A stretch of 64,000 nucleotides of DNA from Catajapyx aquilonaris. Its lineage: Eukaryota. The notes beneath the pieces were generated by a model. It did no database searches and had not been told where the DNA came from. It saw only the letters and a list, made by a program, of their open reading frames with translations. Location: NCBI GenBank assembly GCA_000934665.2, contig JYFJ02001510.1, forward strand, positions 1-64,000, written 5' to 3'. Of the stretch, positions 9,302 to 19,700 are shown piece after piece. Within the stretch, counting starts at the first letter, position 1. Each line of letters starts with the position of its first letter. The translations under genes were made by a program, and so were the position numbers.

Positions 9302-12300
9302 TTAGCTTGTTCCATGTTGTTTTCACATGGAATTGTCATCGCCTACCTTTTGTTCACACAAGTAACTCTTGGCTTTTCAGCACTGGTCTCACTGGGTAAG
9401 TAAAGGGGTTACATAGTGTCCCCAGGGCAGTCCTTGTCCCACCCAGTCATTAGGATCCACCTATCACCATGGGCCATTTCACCCTTGTCCCTGCGCTTTG
9501 AAAAGTTCTTGGGTCAAATTTTTTGAGATGTGGGGGGTCAAGGACTGGTCTGATGACAATTCTGTGTAACCCTCCTTGGTATCCCAGAGTACTGTACACT
9601 TCAAGTGGTAAAGTATGCCAGGTGCATAATCCAACTTTTAATACTTACATTGCCAATGTTGTCATTACTAAGCAAGTGGAAATAACAATGGCAACAAAGG
9701 AGACGTCAATACAAACTGGAACAAAGTGGTAAACACACAGGTGTACCGGTATGCAGGAAAACACTGAGTAGGGTAGTGAGTAGCCTCTTGTGTCTGGCCT
9801 GGAAAAACTGGAATGCCAGAGGGGCATTAGGTTAGTGATGAATCTAGAATTTATTAGGCTACAATGTGCACCTCATACAGTAAATTCAATGTTGCAGTCA
9901 CCAATTAATTCACCACTTGGTTTCTCCATGCAAGAATACAGTTTGCACACATCATCATCTATGTATGCATATTCATTCCAAATCAATTAACAATTCATTC
10001 ACTCTCCAGATAAATTCCTAGAATAAGAATGGGTACAAAACTGCTTACAGGCTACAAACCTTTCTATCTTTCTACATTCTAATCCTAGGAGGCAGATGGA
10101 AATCTGCACAAAACTTTTGACAATCACAAAGCAATATTACGAATATTAATTCACAATTGTCACTTAATGATTGCATTGTTTCATTTCAATAACATACTGT
10201 GTTTTAATCACTATCTGGGTATATGCCTATCAATAATAATGGGTACACTTGGGTTTAGATAACTCAACTTTCGTGTGTAAGTGAAAAATAAAGCAAAAAA
10301 ATTAATAATATGCAACTAAAGTCATAACAGCTAATATTAAGCTACCGTACCATAGTGAGTGCTTTAGGTATGACCATTAATTAGCTCATAACCTCCATTC
10401 ATCCATAATAAAGAATTACTTTCAAAATACCTTGGTGAGTGCTACATGTTGGGAAAATGCAAGCAGTCAGTAAATAATGTCCCATAAATTAATGGCCACA
10501 TGTACGTACACCATCTGATTGTACAAACAAATGAAAGGAAACAATGTGCAGATATGATGCTCTGGGCTCCATTACTAAGAAAATGACTATAAACCACAAA
10601 ATTGCACTATTGACACCACTTGTTCATTTATTGGCTGGAGCCACTGTTGGATTTACTGCAATTGGCAGTTTCCTGTCTCATTGTTTTCTTGCTGCTGTTT
10701 TAGTTTTACTTGACTGAAGTCCTTTAAATGAGAGAATGGTCTGACGTCACAGCATCTGTGTTTTCTGAGCATGGACAGCAGTGATTCCTGATTCGGGGAC
10801 ATGATAGGAGGGAAGAGCCGGGTGGAGGCTGGCTGTACGTGCTCCTGTTTAAAGGACTGTAGTGGGCTTTTTCCATAAGCTTTTTCATTGAGTAATCAGC
10901 TAAAAATAGGACAATAAACTAGCCCAAGTATACATTATGGTGTCTTATTGGCTACACCTTTTGCACTTTTACACTCAGAAGCCAGCACCTTACTCATTCT
11001 TCCAACGAGTAAGGTGATTGAATGAAGTACATTGAGTCCAGGTTACTGTATATGCTCTTGAGAAATAGAGCAACACTTTCCTAGGATTTGAAACTGTGCA
11101 CAAGTCAAACAAGAGGGTTGAGATTAATGGTATAATACAACTGAAAGGTAGGACTTGCATTATCTGCACTGAAACTACCATACTTTCTGGATAATGTTCG
11201 ACCCTCCCTTTCAGCACTGCCACACTATTTCGGTGTTAGTGCCTCTCAGTTTATTGCTTATCAGGAACACCTAAAACAGTACCTACCAACAGTGGAAATA
11301 ATGATGTAAATAATGTAATTTTACTGATTATCAGCAGTGTCTTATCAAATCATGGAGTATAAAATGTGATGTCCATCACTCCACACTTTTCCATGCATTT
11401 TGCAGCCCCTCTGATCATATCAACAGAGAAGTGGTGTTGTGACACCTAATATACCGTTCTGCAATTGTGTGGCTAATTATGTGGCATATGCAGAGTGTTG
11501 GACTGAGCAAGTTGACAGTCTTATCAGGGGGGGACAAGCAAGAGTTGGTGGATTAATTACCCCTGACATTGTAAGCAATTGTGCAAATGTGAGAAGAGGT
11601 ACAGAAACTCCAAAGGTTGCGCTGAGTTTGGACTACAGTTCGAATTCAGACCAGGGATCAACTCTCCCATTCCCACTGTTGGGATTGTCATCTTAGGAAG
11701 AGAAACATCCTGTATATGCACACATGTGACCACTCTGAATATTTAAAATTACAACCATCAGATATCAATTGCTGCAAGAGAGGCAGTACTAGGAGGATGG
11801 GCCTATGGAGTACGTTACTTTATACAGTTGGTTTATTAGGCATCATTGTGCTCTCTCTCTCATGTAATTTTTCTCCCCATCCATCTGTTAAAGCAGCTTC
11901 TACCACAGATACAAGTTTCAAATTTATTTTGGCACACTGCAGATGGCACAAACACTTAAGCAGGGAGGGAAGGGCATTAGACACTATATTAAAATTTAGC
12001 AACAATGTATTCACAGTGCTTCCATCACTGCTAGACTTGATCATAGTGGTGTGACAAACTAGCACAATTATGCAACAATGCCCAAGTCTTTCTTGGTGTG
12101 GAAGAAGCTGCTTTAGTACATATTATTACTTACAAACAGCCCTTCTTATACAACAGCCTGCCAGCGTAACATTTTTGCTATAACCACCACTCACTTGTTG
12201 TGGTATAATAATTGGCAGCTATTTTAGTAATCACCTTGCTGATTTTGAGAATTTACATGGGAATGACTTAAGCTTAAGGTATGGATCATTTCTTAATCTT

Positions 12301-12406
12301 TAGGTGCCTAAATTTGTTGGGATCCAGCTTATTTCATGTGATTGGATGCCAGACTTGAATAACATGTGAAGGTGCTAAAAACCTCTACAGTCACTTTGTC
12401 AAGTCC

Positions 12407-12484
12407 ATCTTATCGGGAGCACGACATGTTGCTCATGAAGTACATTTACTTCATGAGCAACCTATCGTGCTCCCTGGATAAGAT
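12407..12484. repeat. Near-perfect 78-bp inverted repeat (hairpin)
   Basis: ATCTTATC-GGGAGCACGA-CATGTTGCTCATGAAGTA-catt-TACTTCATGAGCAAC-CTA-TCGTGCTCCC-TG-GATAAGAT. Confidence 0.8.
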
Positions 12485-12885
12485 TAAAAATCAAACACGC
12501 AGTTAGAATGCTCCAGGTTATGCTAGTGACACTTTGTATTTCATCTAGGGCACATTGCAAAGTGGTCATGTGGTGGATTTCCTTCAGCACTCAATGAAGT
12601 TGACACTGTCTGTGCTTCTGTTCAGATTGTTATAAATGTCAATGCAATCTCAACTACATGTCACAAAAGACTAACAACAAACACATGCATTTCAGGCTGA
12701 TAAGAAAAGGCTCTCTAAACAGTGAGGAATGTATCTAGGTTCTAGGGCATCTTAATGGTCTCCGATGGAAACACCAACAACTTATGAACATAACCAGGTT
12801 GGACCCTGTTGTATAATAAGGACTGCTTCTTATCGGTATAAGGTTACTTCTTATTGGTGTCAGTGGCTGCTGCCTCAATGCATAA

Positions 12886-13842
12886 TCAAAGTGCTTGGAG
12901 AGTTGGGGCATGGTGCTTTAGTTTGTGCTTATTCAGAGTGTGCCGCTGGGCAAAGGCTTTTCCACAATCACATTTGAAGGGTTTTTCACCCGAGTGTGTG
13001 CGCCTGTGGGCCTGCAAATTACCCAGTTGTGCAAAAGCTCTCCCACATTCACACTCATACGGTTTTTCTCCCGTATGAGTGCGCTTATGAGCCTGCAGGT
13101 TAGAGATCTGAGCAAATGCACGCCCACACTCGCACACGTATGGCCTTTTGCCCGTGTGGACACGCTGATGAGCCTGGAGGTTAGAAAGTTGGGCAAAAGC
13201 ATGGCCACACCTGTTACAAACAAAGGGTTTTTCACCTGTGTGGACACGCTCATGAACTCTCAGATTGGCCCGCTGAGCAAATGCACGACCGCACCAGCAA
13301 ACAAATGGTTTTTTACCAGCATGAATACCAAGATGTGTTTGCAGGTTGCCAAAATTGTGGAAACTTTTCCCACAAATTGTGCATATGTTCTTAGGATCCA
13401 CTGGATTACCCAAACTTCCTGACTCCTTCCTTGGTCTACCACGACCTCTTTTTGGTTCTTCATGTACCATGCTTCCACCCTGGACAAACTCCATGACTTG
13501 TTGAGTGATACACATACTCTTGGGATCCATTGGATTACCCAAAATCGCATCTTTCCTTGGTCTACCACGATTAGATTTTGGTGCGTCATGCACCATGCTT
13601 CCGCTTTGAACAAACTCCATAACTTGTTGAGTGATGCATATGTTCTTAGTATCTACTGTACTCCCCAAAATTACCGAATCTTTCCTTGGTCTACCACGAT
13701 TAGATTTTGGTGCGTCATGTACCATGCTCCCACTTTGGACAAACTCCATGACTTGTTGAGTGATGCTCCTGCTATGTTGTGCTCTTGCTCGAACAACTTG
13801 TTGGAAGGCACTGATGTGATCAGTGCTGTTCTTCTTGGCCAT
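12886..13842 (-). CDS. AT-hook and C2H2 zinc-finger protein (3 AT-hooks, 6 fingers)
   Basis: Single coding exon of 318 aa with three RGRPRK AT-hooks and six C2H2 fingers joined by HTGEKPF/Y-type linkers. A splice acceptor (tttcag) at 13948 precedes about 105 nt of 5'UTR. Confidence 0.9.
   Translation of the reverse strand: MAKKNSTDHISAFQQVVRARAQHSRSITQQVMEFVQSGSMVHDAPKSNRGRPRKDSVILGSTVDTKNICITQQVMEFVQSGSMVHDAPKSNRGRPRKDAILGNPMDPKSMCITQQVMEFVQGGSMVHEEPKRGRGRPRKESGSLGNPVDPKNICTICGKSFHNFGNLQTHLGIHAGKKPFVCWCGRAFAQRANLRVHERVHTGEKPFVCNRCGHAFAQLSNLQAHQRVHTGKRPYVCECGRAFAQISNLQAHKRTHTGEKPYECECGRAFAQLGNLQAHRRTHSGEKPFKCDCGKAFAQRHTLNKHKLKHHAPTLQAL
13381..13767 (-). repeat. Coding tandem repeat, 3 x 129 bp (43 aa)
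   Basis: The unit ITQQVMEFVQSGSMVHDAPKSNRGRPRKDSVILGSTVDTKNIC occurs three times with high nucleotide identity. Confidence 0.9.
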
Positions 13843-14345
13843 CGCTGCACCTTTTATGTGGTGTTGACTCGGAACCCCTCAAGTTTCTTCACACTTCAGC
13901 ACTCCTGATCTGATCGCAGAATTCACTTCTGATTATCCTTTATAGTCCTGAAACACAAGTAAAATGTTATTTCAGTTACTACAGCTATCTGGATAACGTA
14001 TTCTTATTCCAGGGCTGTAACAAGTTCGTGTGTGCCTGGTAAAATCCCATTTTCTAAGTCCTCACCGAAGCTTACCTCACAGTGGAAGTACCTCCCATTT
14101 TTCCTATCATCCAATAATGTATGCAGTGGCACATAATATAACGTTTATACACAATTGGCTGGCAAGAAGAATGCGACAGTACTTCCACTGCAATGCCAGC
14201 ATAAAAAGGGTGTAGGATGGATCTGTCATATTGGCAGCTGCTAGGAATATATGGGAGAAGAGTTTTGCACCTGTGCGATGTCTGACCAGGTACTGCAATA
14301 ACTATACCACTTGGCATGTCTTTCTAAATACGATGGTGCCTCTTA

Positions 14346-14470
14346 GGGCCGGTTTCACCAAGCCCAGTTTTGATAAAACCCCGGTTGTTTTGGAAAATCT
14401 TTGCAAATAGAATTGGGATTTTCCGAAAGAACCGGGGTTTTATGAAAACCAGGCTTGGTGAAACCCGCCC
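14346..14470. mobile_element. PIF/Harbinger-type MITE
   Basis: TTA|GGGCCGGTTTCACCAAGCC...GGCTTGGTGAAACCCGCCC|TTA, with long imperfect inverted arms. Confidence 0.8.
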
Positions 14471-14739
14471 TTACTCTTGATTCGTTTCAGGAGGCTTCCG
14501 AATTGCTTCAAGTCCTAATCACTTTTCCCCATTAGATATAATGGAAAGTGAATTAATCAATTCCTTGACCTAACAAGGCCCATTTCGATCCACTTAAAGA
14601 GCAAATACACATAATAATTTATGGCAAAATTTACAATGAAAGACCCTAATGTAATTATTAAAACATGAAATCCATAAAATGCTGTACCTAAATGCTGTTA
14701 ATAAAGCAAGAAAAGAGTACTCAAAGCACACAAGTGTAA

Positions 14740-14808
14740 AGGCCCATTCACACAGGGCGTCGACGCGACCAAAGCCCAAAACCGTCGACCGCCTGTGTGA
14801 ATGGGCCT
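14740..14808. mobile_element. PIF/Harbinger-type mini-MITE
   Basis: TAA|AGGCCCATTCACACAGG...CCTGTGTGAATGGGCCT|TAA. Confidence 0.8.
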
Positions 14809-15817
14809 TAACAAGAAATGCTTTCACAGCATGAGCCCGAGATTTGAGTGAACAACAGCTAGAAACAGCAATGCATTTTTTCACCCTGCGTGCAGTTCGA
14901 ACTTAGAAGCATCGTTCGAACTCCGGATCGAATTTTTCTCAAATTAAGTGTTCGAACTCTGGAACGTGCAAAGTAGGAGGTACCACTGTACTAATTTAAA
15001 TAGGTAAGTTTAAACCCAAGTTTGAATTAACTCCATCAGATAGAAGCACGGGTGAAACCATCCCATTCTTCCAAATAGCCACCTGCATGCCAATGTGGTA
15101 CGTGTAAAATGTCAGCACAAGATGGAAGGTTCCTAGACCACCACTATACTTACATGTGTGTGCACTTGTTATTACATTAACAGGGCATGTTCTAAGTGGT
15201 ATGTCCTATTAATCCTTCAACAACTCCCCATTAAGTAAAGAGACGGGGGGGAGGGAGACGGCAGGCGGCCAGGGTAGCTGACTGCACGGTATGTAAATCC
15301 CAAGCCAGGTTCTTGACCGTTTGCTCACCAGCACAAAAAAAAAGAGGGGCACAAAAAATGGTGCCTGACAAATCTGGCCTATGCGAGTCCTAGGCGGCCA
15401 AGCGACGAGGCCCTTCAAGCTCAGCCCGTGGCAGGACTCGTGTCGGGGCGGGTAAAGGGGCGGCCAGCACCCTCCGACCAGGATCGGGACAGAAAACCTT
15501 GGTTGGAAACAAAAATATGCTCAGGAGACGGCGGCCATCGCTGGTCACGTGACAGGTGGCGTAGGAGGGAGTGGGGGTGGGGGGGTGGATGGGTGGAGTG
15601 GGAGGGGTGGAGGCACAAAAAAATTGTCAATTACTGAATAATCAAATTTAATATCTTTATTAGTAATCGCAGCAGTAATTGCGTAATTTGCATCAGCATT
15701 TGTGCGGTTTGTGTCAATTACATTATTGTACATTAATAATAGTAGCATGAGTCGATATCAGGGTGGCATGGCCATGGCGCGGTGTTCTTTTGTGTACCGT
15801 ACTATAACCGTACTTAC

Positions 15818-15865
15818 CTGGTGAGCTGTGGTTTATGGTTTTTAACTTTTGTTGGTCAATGAAAC
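15818..15865 (-). other. Candidate 48-nt non-coding exon (probable 5'UTR exon of the zinc-finger gene)
   Basis: On the minus strand: a CTAAT branch-like site, a tttactacag acceptor, 48 nt, then a consensus CAG|GTAAGT donor. Confidence 0.5.
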
Positions 15866-16782
15866 CTGTAGTAAATATAATTAGGTCTTGCATTAGTTAC
15901 AGTTTCTCAAGGTCTGGTCGGTGAGCATTCTAGATAATAAGTGAACATATTATTTTTAACGTGCTCACGCAGTGTGTATTGACCAGCCTTCATTAATGTT
16001 ACAATAAGCTTTACCGTTCCACGCAAATGTGTGTATTTTATTATTACCAAGTGATTCAGAATTTATAGGCAGGGGCCCATGCTATCTCACATCTGGGTAG
16101 ATGGAATTTTGTTGTTCCTTGCCAGCTGTTAACGCTTCAAGCTCGATGGATAGGAGCTTGATAGGAGTAACATAAAATAATGTGGTGTTTCAAAAAATAG
16201 CCAACAACCCGTGAGTCTCCTGTGCTTTATTCATGAAAAAAAGTATAAAGGAGCACCATAAAGAGAGCACTGTACAAAGAATTTGCCGCTTACTTTTATT
16301 GCACACAACCTCCAAGTGCATGTGGTCTGCTTATTGCAACGTTCTATAATGTTTGATTTGTTCATTAGTTGCATTATTTGATGGTCTTGGAGATGTGTGA
16401 AGGTCACATGTTATGGGCCTTTTGGTTCATGAACGTTTGTGTGCAGATTGTGTAGTTGCAAAACATTTTTTTGACTACTGAGTCCCAGTGACCTGAGCGG
16501 CAGAAGGCGAAATATGAAGGCAAAAGGTCAGGGGTCAAGGGAACCCATACCCGTCAAGAAATGTATTACTGGGAATTATTGCAAAGGTTTTTGATAGGAA
16601 GAGGAGGGATAGACATCAGGTTTTTTTTTTCCACCTGCAATGCTTTTTTTCTTCATTGTCAGTTACCTGCGAAGTATTTCTATCTACACAGCCATAACAA
16701 GTGAGGTGCGAAGACAGTCGTTGTGCTCGCAGGTGCGCCAACATCTGGGGAGGGTTACAGCAATGGGCCAATATGTTGGAGG

Positions 16783-19700
16783 TCAAGTGTCACCATCTCC
16801 TGGCAGAAGTGGTACTGTAGATGGCAGGGCTCCACCGGAGTTTCGTCGACGGAGACTCTGCTCCAGTCGACGGAGAAATCTGAGGGATTCCAAGCAGGTT
16901 AGTTAAATTGTTCAGAATTTAAGTTACCTATTTATTGAGCACTTGCCGTATTTGATGTGTAATAGCTCTCAAACGATGGACTCGATTGCGACTAGACAAT
17001 ACTGGAGATGTTATTGCTTCTTCAGCAGAAATTCCAAGGCTGACAACTGGACAGCTGCAAAAATAAGGTGGTAGTAATGTCATTGGGAAGAGCTTGCTTC
17101 TGTGCCATGTATGCTGTATGTTTGCATTATATTAATCTTGGAGAGTTTTAAGTAATTTAATAATGATTTCACCAAGTGAATGCTTAAATATTTGTGAGAA
17201 TAAGCGCCCAGGCTTTACCACCATTCTTGTAACTTACGCGGAAGGATCAGTGCTGTCGCTTCCTCCTGAAGACTCTGAAGAAGCGTCGCTGGCATTTATG
17301 TCAGCTGGAAGTGGCCGACGTCGCCTTCTGGGTGGCCTGGCATGACTTGGAGAAGTGGTACCAATCCTCTGTGATGTTGCAGGTGATGTACTGCGCCTGT
17401 CATGCCATTGCCCAGGTGGCGGCCTCGTTGGTACTACTCCTGAACTGGCATCATAGGCTCCATCAGATTCGGACGGTGGTGCTAGCTGTGCCCCAGCACT
17501 CAGCGGACTCTCACTACGAGAACTGGCACAATCAGGACGTGTCAAGAGTGATGGTGATGCTTCCTCACGGCTTGCAACTGAGGCATCTCCTTCAAAGCCC
17601 TCATCAGGTGAGTCTACCATTGACAGCTTGACTGGGATAGACTTGATGGGTGCATCCATAACAAGCAGCGTTGGGGCAGCCGGCACCAGTGCAGTCGCAA
17701 CAGTGAATCGTTGCAGGGGTGATGATGGGGCTGGTCTTGCTGGACCAGATGTTGATGCTTTTGAGTAGTCATCAGCATCATTACAGAGCGGATTGGTAGA
17801 CCCACACCTTGATGGGGCTGGACTTGCAAGGGATGAGTATCCTGATGAGCTCAGGTTGGATTCAGAAGGTGCATGGTTGGTACCACCAGTCCCACTCCCT
17901 GCTGATTGCCCTCCTGAACCACTATTGTTGCGAGTACCAGGTGGAAGTGGGCTTAAGAGAGTTGTTGGCATGCCTTCAGACGAAGTGGACGTTTTGGATG
18001 CACTGGTCTTTGGTGGGAAGAGGAATATGGCTGGGGCTGCTCTTTTACCCTGGAATTGTGCATCCAGCACAAAATATATTATTTATCTGCACCAACATTT
18101 GTCAGTATAGTTCATGTTCACACAACTAAACAGCTGTCCAAGACAAAAAGAAAATTGACAATGAAAAGGAGAGTACTCACAGGAACCTCCAGTTGGTTGG
18201 GAACAGGTGAAGTGGTAACAACTGTTGGTGCTACTGTTGCAACTGGTAATTGCAGTTCAGCTACCTCAAAACTTTGTGACCTGGACCTTGGGGCTGAGTC
18301 AAATGCTGCCAAGGTCTTTCTGGGTGTTGTTGATCCTGATGATGGTGAGGGTGATGGGGACGGAGGTGGCTCAGATGATGACGCCCTGTGCTCAGCGTCA
18401 CTCTCATCTGATGTATTAGCAGATATCATAATAGATGGAACTGCTGGCACTGTCAGGAACAAAGCTTCAGAATCTGAGTCTGGCTGGTCACTGGGAGCTT
18501 CAACCACCACTGTCACCATTGGAGTGTCCTCGGGTGCTGATTCTGAATCTGAATCAGGTGGAATAGGAGCTGGTGGGCGAGGGTCTGCATCACTAACTTC
18601 ACTCCTGGGTGGGGCACGTGGAAGTAAGGGTGTATGTGCTGGAGTTGGCAATGGAGTTGGAACCTCCCGTATTGGTGATAAGCAAGCCCCGAAATCTCTT
18701 GGCACTTCCAGGGTCACAGACTGCGTTAAGTTTCCTGTAAAAGAGTCAACCACTGGCACTTGAAGAGTGGCTTCTGGCAAGGGTAGTGTGAGAGAGCCCC
18801 TGGGTGAACCAGGGGTTGACAGCAGGGTTGGGGTGGGTGGGAGGTCATCTGCTTCTGAACCTTGGGGTGAGGGAGGTGCAGAAGGTATCTTTCTTGTACC
18901 CCCAGTAAGACTGCGGAGCAGGTGGAGAATGGAGTCAGCTGAGGATATCTTAGTCAGACGACGAGGTGGGCGGCTGGTGTCAGGAGTAGCTGGATCAGAC
19001 ACAGGACAGGACTCCAGGTCTGCTTCTTCCTGGGCCTCACACCGCCGCAGAGGGGGCCGACTAGGAGAACCGTGGCCTCCACCGCTCAGGTCAGAATTGG
19101 ATGAGCTTAACTCCATAGACACACGATCTAACAGCTGGGCAAATGTAACCTGCAATAATTTTTTCATTAGTTATTTCATGTTCTAGACAGAAAGCATCAA
19201 TACATGAAACAACAGTAGTACCATATCGGTACTTTGATGTGACACACAAATGTCTACTCCTTATATGTAAACTGGAACTGAAAACATTTGTTAGTGTTGC
19301 ATCAAGGTACCCATGAGGGTAGAAGGTACACAATGCAGTAGCATGTTTTTTTAAATAACCCATATACGATGCTAGACATTTCTTGGCAGATTATTTGTGT
19401 GTGTCTCTCCAGTTACTACCCATTCCAGGACATTACTACTGAATATTGTAAACAGTGCAATTGCTTACTTTTTTCTCTGCCCTAAAGTCCCTTCCATCAT
19501 CAAGCAAGCCCAGAGTGCTTTCTCCTAAGAGCCCATCAGCATCCTGTGATCCACCTTCAGAGCGGGTTCTTCTCTCTCTCAAGGGTATGCTCTCAGCACT
19601 GCATCTGCGTGATGAATCAGCTGTGCCCTGCTGTTGCTGCTGCTGTTGGGGGGGAGCCACCAATTGTTGGAGAAGCTGCCGACGGTCTACTGAGTTACGC

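Noticed and set aside
12925..13908. Long plus-strand ORFs with repeated peptides
   Set aside because: They are antisense shadows of the zinc-finger CDS and its 129-bp repeat.
14890..14990. Tigger-like terminus (CAGTGGTACCTC on minus) with TTCGAAC repeats
   Set aside because: Only one end is recognisable, too fragmentary to delimit as an element.
17311..19186. Several 100-235 aa plus-strand ORFs
   Set aside because: They are antisense to the Ser/Pro-rich receptor exons, whose codon usage leaves the opposite strand open.
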